Part shown: one piece after another, positions 38,458 to 47,984 of the stretch
Layout: every line of letters starts with the position of its first letter
Numbering within the stretch: the first letter of the stretch is position 1
Source of the DNA: Legionellales bacterium RIFCSPHIGHO2_12_FULL_37_14
GTDB taxonomy: Bacteria > Pseudomonadota > Gammaproteobacteria > Legionellales > Legionellaceae
DNA: 64,000 nucleotides
Direction: 5' to 3'
Assembly (NCBI GenBank): GCA_001804735.1
Contig: MHBC01000013.1
Location: 30,147-94,146 of the forward strand
Made by a program: the position numbers and the translations under genes
Notes under the pieces: generated by a model
What the model was told of the DNA's origin: nothing
What the model saw: the letters and a program-made list of their open reading frames with translations, nothing else
The model's database searches: none

Positions 38458-41250
38458 CTAACAGTTAGGTTGACTGCATGCATTGCCTATGGGTGGGGGT
38501 GGTGAGAGCTTGGGCTCTGGTCTATGGAGACGATAAGGGTTAGGCGCTGTATTTTTTTGTTTCCATAAATCTAATGCTTGCACAAAGTGAGTTTGGTGTA
38601 AGTTTTTTTCAGCATCAAGCGAAGATATAATAGTTGTAACTAACCTTTCTTCTTCATCTATAACTATCTCTTCTCCCTCAAGCTGGGTGCAATAAAAACC
38701 AGCGGTTAAATTCTCATCACCATCTTCAGTTGGGATAAACCTTCCTTTAAACTCATGGGTTTTAATAAGCGCGTTGGTACTATTATAAATTTTTACGGTA
38801 ATAGCTCCTTTAAACGCAACGCCTGCTTTGACAGGTTCGCTGGTTTCTATAGTGTAATGATTGGGGGCGTCTTGAATTGTTAAAGTGTATTTATTATTAC
38901 TGTGTTGCAATGAAGCAACTATTTTTGAAGCATTATTGGGTTTATCGTTAGGAGGCGTTACGGCATTATTTGCATTCTGACTACCTTCTTCATTACTACT
39001 TTCTTCATTTGTAACTGCACAGCTTTTAGAAGAAGTACTGGCTTTTGTGGAAGATGGGGAGTCGTCGGGCGTTTTGTCTATATGGGCTTTTGCCGCAAGG
39101 TTTTTAGGCTTAATTTCTTTATTTTTACTTGGTTTGGCTTTTGGCTTAGGGCTAGACTCTGCTGGTTGCTGGCTTTTTACTTTTTTTGCTGCCAGCGATT
39201 TTTTTTCTTGTTTACGTTTTTGTTCTTCTTCATACTCGGCAAGCAAACTCTCGCGAGTTTTGGTAATTTGCGCTTCATCGAGAACAAGGATTTTTGTAAC
39301 CCCAAAATTAATCAAAGATTGCTCTATTTTTTTAAATAATCCTTCGGATTGATTTGTTGCTTGCTTAAGAGTTTTAAGATTGCCTTTTTGGTTTGATTGG
39401 TATTTATATTCACAGGCATCTTCTCTTGTCAAAGACCACTGGGCTTCCTCATTATAAAATTCAGTTATTTTAACTAAATAATTATTGGCTAATTCTACTT
39501 GGTACCAGAGCTTGGGTTTAATTGGGTTGCCATCTTTAAAACCTTGCTGCCATTTACCTCGACCTTCAGTAGGATGTTCGTATTTAATGCCGTTTAGATC
39601 ATTGAGTTCTTCATCGGTGAAATCTCCAGTATAAAAAGTAGTTATAGCGCTATTTGCTTGTTTTTCTTCACGGGTTCCCTTAATAAAAAGCCGCGAAAAA
39701 AAAGTACCTTTACTTTTTACATAACGCTTAGGTCTATCGTCTTTAAAAGTTATTTCTTTGTACTCAAAGGCATCAAATATACCAAATATATCTTTTATTC
39801 TTTGGTTTATAGTTAGAGAAGAGAAAATATCACAAGTGGCGCGCGAGACTTTAGTTTCAATAACGCTGTCTTTTAAAATCTCGCCGTGCACAAACTCCCC
39901 TGAAGTTACCCTTACGTATTTTCCAAATACATTTTCGCCCCACTCTGTTCTTGTGCCTTTGCCATGCGCTTCATCATCGAGCAATTCACCTTCATAGCGT
40001 AAGATTAAGACGTTGTTTTTATATTTTTCTAAAACCGCTGGGGTTTTAGCATTTTTTACCCTTTCAATTATAAAATCATGTTTGCGCGCAAAGACTCCTT
40101 TATAAATAACTTTATCTGCGTTGGTATTTGTGTAAGTAAAAGATCCAGGAATATTATTCTTATTAGTACCAATATCGCCTTCAAAAATATAACAGATCCC
40201 ATCAATAAACTGCGAAGTAACTTTGCCGCGGACAAAATGGTGCTCGACAAAATCACCTTCAATGGTAATTGTTACGTTATCTCTTTGAATATTAGCGATG
40301 ACAGCTTTGCCTGTCAGCCTACCTAGGCTATCAAAATTTCCTTCTATCAGATCCCCTGACACATTGTTGAGAAGACGCACCTTTTTGGTAGATTCTTTTG
40401 GTAATTTAAGGATGACTTCTTGCGGGGCTACTTCCTGCTCGTTTATTAATTTGAGCAATATTAGTTTTTGATGGATAAGTTTAAAAATTGGCAAAATACT
40501 TGCACTCATTTCAGCAAAACCATGTTGGCAGTCAAGCTTAAATTGGCCGTTGTTGGCATTTTCTGCATGCCAAACCGTAGATTCATAATAATGTCTTGAA
40601 ATCAAGAATATTGAGAGTAATTTTTTGTTTTGCACATTAGCTAAATATAAGGAATTTTCCATTTTCCCTTGGGTAAAGTTATGGGAGATTAAAATATGGT
40701 TTTCGGAGGAGATAATAAATAAAATCCCATTTGGATCATCAAAGGCATTTGTTGGCTCTTGTCCTTGGGTTTGTACTATAGAAAACTTTCCATAATAGTG
40801 ACCTGATTTTCCCTTTTCTATATATTGTTCCGAAGAATTATAACAATGTTCCTCGCCACTTTCCTGAGCCCCACTTTTGAAAATCCCCTGTTTAAATAAA
40901 GCAAGGCGGCCGTTAGCATATTTTTTATAAGTACATACAAGAGGAGGACTTGCAAGATAACTATCAGTTAAATATTGTTCATTAATTGGTCCTGTGAAGT
41001 GGGTAATTAGTTCATTGTTTTGGGTAAGCACGCGGTGATCGCCATCTAAAATAAGGATTTTCTCAAATTGTTCATCAGGAAATAAAAAGGTGCCAACATG
41101 CACAGTCTTGGTTGGCATAGGTTGAGTTAGATTATGTAAAATTAATTGTCCCTCAAAAGGCCTTCCTATGGGAATTTCGCTAGAGTTGGTAGTTAGTTCT
41201 CCAAATAAATTTTGGTTATTTATTGCTAGTATAAGGCTGAATTTTGGCAT
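38458..41250 (-). CDS. large hypothetical protein (930 aa), single-module paralogue of the 24163-28425 protein
   Basis: Shares colinear blocks with the other protein. Examples: GDLIEGNFDSLGRLTGKAVIANI...TIEGDFVEHHFVRGKVT vs GKLIEGTINAETGCLTGQAKLIIN...ISGKFNEHHLLAGKIT, and GKWQQGF...QWSLTRED vs GIWEQGF...IWSLTRN. Also has a Lys/Pro/Ser-rich linker (~39050-39260) and a C-terminal domain. Confidence 0.8.
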   Translation of the reverse strand: MPKFSLILAINNQNLFGELTTNSSEIPIGRPFEGQLILHNLTQPMPTKTVHVGTFLFPDEQFEKILILDGDHRVLTQNNELITHFTGPINEQYLTDSYLASPPLVCTYKKYANGRLALFKQGIFKSGAQESGEEHCYNSSEQYIEKGKSGHYYGKFSIVQTQGQEPTNAFDDPNGILFIISSENHILISHNFTQGKMENSLYLANVQNKKLLSIFLISRHYYESTVWHAENANNGQFKLDCQHGFAEMSASILPIFKLIHQKLILLKLINEQEVAPQEVILKLPKESTKKVRLLNNVSGDLIEGNFDSLGRLTGKAVIANIQRDNVTITIEGDFVEHHFVRGKVTSQFIDGICYIFEGDIGTNKNNIPGSFTYTNTNADKVIYKGVFARKHDFIIERVKNAKTPAVLEKYKNNVLILRYEGELLDDEAHGKGTRTEWGENVFGKYVRVTSGEFVHGEILKDSVIETKVSRATCDIFSSLTINQRIKDIFGIFDAFEYKEITFKDDRPKRYVKSKGTFFSRLFIKGTREEKQANSAITTFYTGDFTDEELNDLNGIKYEHPTEGRGKWQQGFKDGNPIKPKLWYQVELANNYLVKITEFYNEEAQWSLTREDACEYKYQSNQKGNLKTLKQATNQSEGLFKKIEQSLINFGVTKILVLDEAQITKTRESLLAEYEEEQKRKQEKKSLAAKKVKSQQPAESSPKPKAKPSKNKEIKPKNLAAKAHIDKTPDDSPSSTKASTSSKSCAVTNEESSNEEGSQNANNAVTPPNDKPNNASKIVASLQHSNNKYTLTIQDAPNHYTIETSEPVKAGVAFKGAITVKIYNSTNALIKTHEFKGRFIPTEDGDENLTAGFYCTQLEGEEIVIDEEERLVTTIISSLDAEKNLHQTHFVQALDLWKQKNTAPNPYRLHRPEPKLSPPPPIGNACSQPNC

Positions 41251-41338
41251 TAGTCCGCGTATGTTTTGTTAAGGAGTGCGTATAATATGGCGTCATTGAT
41301 ATTATATCAATATAAAAGATTGTTTTATGTGCGTTAAT

Positions 41339-43162
41339 TTAGGCAATACAAGTTGCAATACCAATACAACCTGCTCCTGCATGTGATCCTATAGTAACTG
41401 CGGCAGATTCTATGTATAAAGGTGGAATGTTAAACAAAGCCGTAGTTTGCTCTGCTAAAGTTTTGGCAGCTTGGGGGTAATCTGCGTGCATTAAGCAATA
41501 TGACTTAAGCTTTGCTCCATTTTTTATTGGTTCTTTAGCAAGTTGCAGCATTTTGTTAAGCGCGGCGGTTTCATTAAAAGCTTGGCCAACTAAGTGGGTT
41601 TTACCTTCAGTGTTTAATGAAAATATGGGCTTTAAGCCTGATAACTGCGCCATTTTCCCGATAATTTTATTCATACGTCCTGAGCGAATGAGAGCTGACA
41701 TATCGTTAATTATGAAATAAAGTTGAATTTTGGGAATAAAGTTTTTAATTTGGGTGAGAACAAACTCAACAGGCTTATTTAACTTTATAGCTTCAACAGC
41801 TTCCATAATTAATAACCCTTGCGCCCCTGAGCAGAGCTTACTATCGAGCACATGCACGTTAGGAAACTTGGCGGCTACGTGTTTAAGAGAGTCATGGGTG
41901 CTGCTAAGAGGTTTTGCAATAGTTAAGACAATAACTTCCGCATATTTTTCGGCTAACGGTCTTAGTTTTTGCTCCATAGCTAAAGTTGAGGGTGCAGAAG
42001 TTTTAGGATTTGAAGTATAGCTATTAAGTTGTTTATAAAACTGGCCAGGGTGAATACTATATTTATCAAGTAAATCATTACCTTCTATATGCACATTTAA
42101 AGGCAAAATATGGATCTGATTTTCATCAAAATATGCGTTTGGTAAATCAGCGTTAGAGTCAGTCACTAAGGCTATATCATGTTTTTTTAGGCTTAGGGTT
42201 TCATATTGTCTTAACATGTCATCAACTTTAGGGGCACTAATTTTTCCTAAAGGCATAATGGCATTAAAAACCTCCCATGGTTTATCAGTGTGTAAATGAA
42301 ACCTACATTGGGCAGCATTTGCACTTACAACGATTGAGCTACCATATTGCTGTAAAATCTCCATAAGGAGAGGCTGATTAAGAGAATCATGGGTTAACAT
42401 GGCTTCAGTACAATAACGACCATCTTTAGGCGGCTCATTGGCACAAAAATCAAGATCGGTATGGGATATTGGCTTAAGTTTTTCTATATCTTGTTTGGGA
42501 AGACTTTGTGGATCTGCAATATAGCGGCTAAATCCTGAGACAAAATGAAAAAAGCCTAAGGCTCCAGCATCTACTACATTAGCTGCCTTAAGCGCAGCGA
42601 TGGCTTGGGTTGTTTGCGCAACTGCATCATGTAATTTATCAGTAATATTTTGGAGCGCTGATTTAAAACAAGGAATTTGCTCAGCAGCCTCATCGGTATA
42701 TGTTGACCAATATTCCATAATAGTTAACATGGTGCCATCTATAGGGTTTAAGATAGCCGTGCGTACGCGTTTTGCCGCCTTATTAAGTAATTCCCCAAAA
42801 CTTTGCATGCTTAGAGTTTCTTCTTCATGTTTGGCAAAGTCAGCAAGAGCATTAAAAAATTGGGAGAAAATCATGCCAGAGTTACCGCGTGCGCCAGTCA
42901 TACTGGCGTAGGCCACAGACTGCAGCGTATCTTTAATAGAATTTTTTAAGGTTGCATTATGAATAACAGCATGAGCGGTTGCTGCCATATTATCGCCCGT
43001 ATCTCCGTCTTGGACTGGAAAAACGTTAATAGTATTTAAATATTCGCGTTCGCGAATAACGGCATGGCACCCTGCCAACATTGCTGAATAAAGCTGCTCT
43101 GCATTTAGTTTTGCAATTTTCATTAGTTCGAATTTTGAAATCGAAGTTGGCTTATCATACAT
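41339..43162 (-). CDS. Dak2 (DhaL-like) domain fused to a DegV (fatty-acid-binding) domain
   Basis: N-terminus has NVFPVQDGDTGDNM and ARGNSGMI (the Dak2 nucleotide-binding motifs). The C-terminal ~280 aa, IALVTDSNADLP...TSAPS...LSSTHDS...VLDSKLCSGAQG...RSGRM, are classic DegV. Confidence 0.82.
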   Translation of the reverse strand: MYDKPTSISKFELMKIAKLNAEQLYSAMLAGCHAVIREREYLNTINVFPVQDGDTGDNMAATAHAVIHNATLKNSIKDTLQSVAYASMTGARGNSGMIFSQFFNALADFAKHEEETLSMQSFGELLNKAAKRVRTAILNPIDGTMLTIMEYWSTYTDEAAEQIPCFKSALQNITDKLHDAVAQTTQAIAALKAANVVDAGALGFFHFVSGFSRYIADPQSLPKQDIEKLKPISHTDLDFCANEPPKDGRYCTEAMLTHDSLNQPLLMEILQQYGSSIVVSANAAQCRFHLHTDKPWEVFNAIMPLGKISAPKVDDMLRQYETLSLKKHDIALVTDSNADLPNAYFDENQIHILPLNVHIEGNDLLDKYSIHPGQFYKQLNSYTSNPKTSAPSTLAMEQKLRPLAEKYAEVIVLTIAKPLSSTHDSLKHVAAKFPNVHVLDSKLCSGAQGLLIMEAVEAIKLNKPVEFVLTQIKNFIPKIQLYFIINDMSALIRSGRMNKIIGKMAQLSGLKPIFSLNTEGKTHLVGQAFNETAALNKMLQLAKEPIKNGAKLKSYCLMHADYPQAAKTLAEQTTALFNIPPLYIESAAVTIGSHAGAGCIGIATCIA

Positions 43163-44236
43163 TTAGCGGATGATAGATTCAATTACTGCGCCTCCTAGAC
43201 AGTGTTGCATTTGATAAAAAACTACATATTGGCCGATGGTTAGGGAGCGCTGGCTATTAGCAAAGTAAACACAATATTTATCGGCATCAATAGGTGAGAT
43301 AAGACAGGGCTGATCAGCTTGCCTATAACGAGTTTTGGCATTACAGGTTAAAGGAAAAGTAGGCTTTTTTATAAGCCAATTTATAGGACCACAAATTAGA
43401 CCTTTTGCATACAGTAAAGGGTGATTCTTGCCTTGGGCAACTATTAACTTGTTATTAGGAATGTCTTTATCAACCACGTACCAAGGAGCTTCATCATGGT
43501 TTTTTATCCCCCCTATTTTTAATCCTTGGCGTTGGCCAAAAGTATAAAACATTAGCCCATCATGCTGACCTAATTCTACATTATCAGTGCTTATAATTGG
43601 CCCAGGTTGTGCGAGGAGAAATTCATTTAAAAACGGTTTAAATCTTCTTTCTCCTATAAAGCAAATACCGGTTGAGTCTTTTTTATTATGCGTAACAAGC
43701 CTAAGCGCTTTAGCAATATCCCTTACTTCAGATTTTAATAGCTCGCCTAAGGGAAATAATGTTTTGGTAAGGGCGTAAGGCGAAATCGCGTGGAGAAAAT
43801 AGCTTTGGTCTTTATCTCTATCTTTGGCTTTATAAAGCTCTACTCCTTCATCAGTTGTTTTAACTTTGGCGTAGTGCCCTGTTGCAATATAATCAGCGCC
43901 AAGTTTAAGGGCATGTTCAAGGAATGCCTTAAACTTAATTTCTTTATTGCATAAAACATCAGGATTGGGGGTGCGGCCTTTGGCATATTCATCTAAAAAG
44001 TGGGTAAATACTTTATCCCAGTATTCTTGGGTGAAATTAACTGTATTAAGAGGAATATTAAGCGCTTTACATACTGCAGTTGCATCTTTGAGATCAAGTT
44101 CAGCAGTACATTTTTCTTTGGCTTCATCCCAGTTTTTCATAAACAAAGCTTCAACTTCATAGCCTTGTTCTTTAAGTAAATAGGCACTAACCGATGAATC
44201 AACCCCGCCAGAGAGCCCGATAATAACTTTGGTCAT
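43163..44236 (-). CDS. mnmA: tRNA 2-thiouridine(34) synthase
   Basis: 357 aa with PP-loop [24 protein letters not shown] and [11 protein letters not shown]. Its stop abuts the start of the downstream Dak2-DegV gene. Confidence 0.95.
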   Translation of the reverse strand: MTKVIIGLSGGVDSSVSAYLLKEQGYEVEALFMKNWDEAKEKCTAELDLKDATAVCKALNIPLNTVNFTQEYWDKVFTHFLDEYAKGRTPNPDVLCNKEIKFKAFLEHALKLGADYIATGHYAKVKTTDEGVELYKAKDRDKDQSYFLHAISPYALTKTLFPLGELLKSEVRDIAKALRLVTHNKKDSTGICFIGERRFKPFLNEFLLAQPGPIISTDNVELGQHDGLMFYTFGQRQGLKIGGIKNHDEAPWYVVDKDIPNNKLIVAQGKNHPLLYAKGLICGPINWLIKKPTFPLTCNAKTRYRQADQPCLISPIDADKYCVYFANSQRSLTIGQYVVFYQMQHCLGGAVIESIIR

Positions 44237-44345
44237 AAGACAAATAGTTTACAATTTGAAAAAAGAAATAAAATTATACATCTTGTAGCCGCCCAAGTCA
44301 CCTTATTCCATTTGCAATGAAAATTAGAATACTTAGCTCTAATTT

Positions 44346-46688
44346 TCACGGTGTGGTTGATAAAGCTCCGTATATGCCCCCCGGACAAAAAACAATCTCA
44401 AAATCCATAGCTACGGCTTGCGTCATCGCAGCATCGCTATTATCACAATTAAATGACGATGATGGATCATCAAATGGGTATGAATACGCTGTAGGGCATG
44501 CAAGTTTCAGCCATAAAATGGAAGCATACGGGGTAATTGGTAAAGCTGTAGTTTCTGTCCAATCAGGGTTTGGTGCTCCACCCGCATAATCTGAATCTTG
44601 CGCAGTTAGATAGGAGCCATAGCTACCTGCTGCATTCCAGTTTTGCGCGCCACAACATAGACTTCCATCCGTGCTAGGGTAACATGTTTGTAATGCTGGA
44701 TCTTGGGGGGTACATGAATATAAGTCGTATGCGTTTGCCCCTGTTGGATATCCAGATTGAAATCCATTAGCAACTGTTAAGTCTTTAGTAAATTCAAAAA
44801 GAGTATAAGGATTATAGGCGCTTGGAACTGTCGTAAAATCACTAGCTGGACTATTACCCAATTGATTTAATGACCAATAGCCAAGCAGCTCGCCGCAGGC
44901 TAAAACAATTGTCCCAGCTTCGGGTGTGGTCTCATACGCCAAACCACACACCGATGGAGAATTACAAGAGCTGCAACTCGACAATGCTCCACTATCATTT
45001 GTAACAAAATAATAAACAGGAGAAGATCCAGCAGGCGTGTTCGGCACCGTATAGGTCCAAGAACAAGCGCCAAGGGTAATATCAGCTGAATAAGGCGGAT
45101 CTTCAAACGGAATTGGAATAGGTGCTCCCGCACCACTACATACAAAAGCCGCGGCAGCTCCTAACGTATAATCGTTAGTACTTGGCCCTAACCCCTTATA
45201 TTCAACAGGTACTGTGGCTCCCATTTGTAGAGTAATATCATAATTTCCTTGAGTGGAAGAAGTAGGAAAAACTTCCTCTATGCGGGTAAATGGTTCAAAA
45301 CCGGTGTTGGTACATTGTCCATTAGTGCCGGATACACAATCCCCAGTTGCGCAAGTAAAACTAGAACTATTTAAGGTACAACCAGTTCGCGGGATAATAA
45401 TGCCGCTATATGCATCTCCGCTAGCAGTAACCGTAATTGTTTTTGTAGTTGGCGCTTCTGTTGAAACTTGTGCATCTAGCATATAAGCACTTGGTGATGG
45501 CGAAGAAGTTGGATCGCCAGGAGCGCCTACCCCATACCAAACTGGGAATGGGCATTGATTAACCATAGTGATGCTATGGTTGTATGAAGGCTCGTTAACA
45601 GTTGTAGTAGATGAAGCACTCACACTGCTAGCAGTTGCTGTCACAGTGAGTGTCCCATCATTTTGCGGAATCACTGACACAAGCACTGTACAATGACCAT
45701 GTGCAGCTATACTTTGGCTGGAACAGTCGTCATAAGCTGCATTATATGGATTACCTAAAATAGTAGGGCTTGATGATGTACCTGTTGAACCAAAAGTAAC
45801 TTCTCCTAACGTTTGCGCTGTGGCGCATCCATTTGAATAGGTAAACTGTAGAATGTTATCTGCATAGCGTAAAGTTGGGTTTTGAAATGGCAGGGTAGCT
45901 TCTGCAGAAAAACATGTTCCCGAGTCAGATACTACTGTAGTTGGTTGTGATGGATTTGCCGTATCAGAGCCATTATTGTAAGTAAAAAGCCCCGATATGG
46001 TGACAGATCCTGCACTTACTGGAGTAACCTGTCCTTGTATTGTACATGAATGCCCGCCTTTTATTATTACAGGGGCATTTACTGTACCGCAAGTATTACT
46101 ATCTGATACCACCGCCACTGTAGCAACACTAGTGGAAGAAGTTGCTAATAAATTTAAACCGGAAGAATTTCCTGCGTAACCAGTTATAGCAGCAGAACTT
46201 GTATTCTTGTAAGTAACCGTAAAAATAGGTTGTTGTTCTGGATTACTAAGTGAGATGGTAGAAGGTAATCCAGAAATGGTGCCAACAATGCCAGAATTTT
46301 GCGCTGTTCCAGATACGCTTAAGGTCGGCAAGGGAATAACGTTATCATTATACTGATAGCTCATCTGAATCGTAGCCATAGTGGTATCTGTTGGAACAAA
46401 TGCAATAACTACCGTACAAGAAGCCCCCTTATTTAATGTTTGGTTATTACACCCATCAGTTATAGTAAAATCATGGTAAGACTTAATAAATTGGGTATGC
46501 AAAGTCACAGGGCCGGGAAATTTTGGGTTCACCGTCAATGTATAAGTCACGCTTGATGATTGCCCCGGAATTGCAGCGGGGAAACCAGAAGCAGGATTTA
46601 AAGACCAGCTCACAGGATCAACAGCCGCATAAGCGTTTCCAAGAAATAAAAATAAGACTAAATTAAGCGCAAATCGACAGGCATTCAT
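44346..46688 (-). CDS. secreted 780-aa protein: three Ig-like Thr/Ser-rich modules plus a thaumatin-like C-terminal domain
   Basis: Signal peptide MNACRFALNLVLFLFLGNAYA. Three modules end in GASCTVVIAFVPT, GHSCTIQGQVTPV and HGHCTVLVSVIPQ. From about residue 371: ITMVNQCPFPVWYG, IIPRTGC...CATGDC...GQC, YDITLQMG, CCG, and LKLACPTAYSYPFDDPSSSFNC...FEIVFCPGG, which match the thaumatin family signature blocks. Confidence 0.78.
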   Translation of the reverse strand: MNACRFALNLVLFLFLGNAYAAVDPVSWSLNPASGFPAAIPGQSSSVTYTLTVNPKFPGPVTLHTQFIKSYHDFTITDGCNNQTLNKGASCTVVIAFVPTDTTMATIQMSYQYNDNVIPLPTLSVSGTAQNSGIVGTISGLPSTISLSNPEQQPIFTVTYKNTSSAAITGYAGNSSGLNLLATSSTSVATVAVVSDSNTCGTVNAPVIIKGGHSCTIQGQVTPVSAGSVTISGLFTYNNGSDTANPSQPTTVVSDSGTCFSAEATLPFQNPTLRYADNILQFTYSNGCATAQTLGEVTFGSTGTSSSPTILGNPYNAAYDDCSSQSIAAHGHCTVLVSVIPQNDGTLTVTATASSVSASSTTTVNEPSYNHSITMVNQCPFPVWYGVGAPGDPTSSPSPSAYMLDAQVSTEAPTTKTITVTASGDAYSGIIIPRTGCTLNSSSFTCATGDCVSGTNGQCTNTGFEPFTRIEEVFPTSSTQGNYDITLQMGATVPVEYKGLGPSTNDYTLGAAAAFVCSGAGAPIPIPFEDPPYSADITLGACSWTYTVPNTPAGSSPVYYFVTNDSGALSSCSSCNSPSVCGLAYETTPEAGTIVLACGELLGYWSLNQLGNSPASDFTTVPSAYNPYTLFEFTKDLTVANGFQSGYPTGANAYDLYSCTPQDPALQTCYPSTDGSLCCGAQNWNAAGSYGSYLTAQDSDYAGGAPNPDWTETTALPITPYASILWLKLACPTAYSYPFDDPSSSFNCDNSDAAMTQAVAMDFEIVFCPGGIYGALSTTP

Positions 46689-46731
46689 ACCAATTTATCC
46701 TTTTAGATAGTTTTCTCCACGTACTCTTGAA

Positions 46732-47862
46732 TTATTTCATGTTATTATTAGCAAATATGTAATGCAGCTTGATCAAAAACTCATTTTGCCCGTATGAACC
46801 TAGACTTAACTTCTCAGTCGACCAAGAACTCAACCCATACCCTGAGGAAACATGGCCTAAATTTTGATAATTGTACCCCACAGAAATTAAAATTTGCGGG
46901 TTCAATGCAACATCAATGCCAGCGCCCAAGCGATACGCAAATTGAGGAGTATTATTATCTTGAAAACTAGGGCTTATGCGTTCAGTTACCCCGGAAAATG
47001 CAGTTTCGTTATAAGAATTTGCAAGATTAAACGTAGGCCCTATGCCACCCGTAACAAATGGTAAAAATATTTTATATTGCGCTACGTTTAATTTAGCCGC
47101 AACCAGCAAAAGATTTGATTGTACCTTCCATTTATAAGAGTAATTTAAAAACACTGGTTCACTATATTGGGTAATAGTGCCGCCTAAATTGTTATTAAAA
47201 CCAAACTGCCATAATAGATCTAGCTCATATGCAGGGAATATTCGGTTATAAGTTGTCCAACGGCGTCCAGCGCTCAACTCAAAAACTGCACTACTCTTAT
47301 TTGTAGTGGTATATAAATCAACGTTATTAGGAGGAGCAAAATTCGAGCCATTATCTACCTCGGTATTAGCTGGCCATGAGGCATGTTGCCCTCCAGCACC
47401 TATCCCCAAAACCCAATTACCTTCAGCAAACTTGGATTTTATAGCAGCAAACTTCAATATATTCCGTGAAAAATGTCTAGCTGGCGGAGCAGCTTGCTGG
47501 CGCACAACTTTGTTTTTGTTTTTGCGTGGAGGCGAAGTGCTAACGTTTTTAAGAGCACTTGCGGTTTTTCTTAATTCCACAACTGACGATATTGGTCCTA
47601 GTATAACTGCATAAAAACGCTTTTTATGGACAAACTTACGCTTAATCTTTACTGGGTAAATTGTTCTAGCTTGTAATTGCTGTTTATAATATTGCGCATA
47701 TGATTCTTTAGTAAAACTGTTGGCCTGTACATAAAACTTAAGGGTATGTTTTTGCTGAGTTACGCATTCGGCGTAAGGCAAACCATAAATTATGCGCGCG
47801 CTATGAGAAAAAGCAGACCAACCATACATGCATGCTACAACGCAGAGAATTATCCTTTTCAT
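46732..47862 (-). CDS. SPOR domain fused to an outer-membrane beta-barrel domain
   Basis: Signal peptide MKRIILCVVACMYGWSAFS. SPOR-like segment (LKFYVQANSFTKESYAQYYKQQL...RFYAVILGPISSVVELRK), basic linker, then about 230 aa of alternating beta-strand pattern ending in an aromatic-rich terminal strand (FLIKLHYIF). Confidence 0.65.
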   Translation of the reverse strand: MKRIILCVVACMYGWSAFSHSARIIYGLPYAECVTQQKHTLKFYVQANSFTKESYAQYYKQQLQARTIYPVKIKRKFVHKKRFYAVILGPISSVVELRKTASALKNVSTSPPRKNKNKVVRQQAAPPARHFSRNILKFAAIKSKFAEGNWVLGIGAGGQHASWPANTEVDNGSNFAPPNNVDLYTTTNKSSAVFELSAGRRWTTYNRIFPAYELDLLWQFGFNNNLGGTITQYSEPVFLNYSYKWKVQSNLLLVAAKLNVAQYKIFLPFVTGGIGPTFNLANSYNETAFSGVTERISPSFQDNNTPQFAYRLGAGIDVALNPQILISVGYNYQNLGHVSSGYGLSSWSTEKLSLGSYGQNEFLIKLHYIFANNNMK

Positions 47863-47984
47863 AAAATTTCCATTGGAAGCATTGATAAACTACAAGTAGT
47901 ATGGACAGTTGCCATTTAATCTTAGCTACAAGTCGATTAATATTATCAGATTAAAAATTAGTATACATCATGTTTTTTTCAGTT

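Noticed and set aside
44317-44589. 90-aa plus-strand ORF
   Set aside because: Antisense shadow over the 3' end of the thaumatin-like gene.
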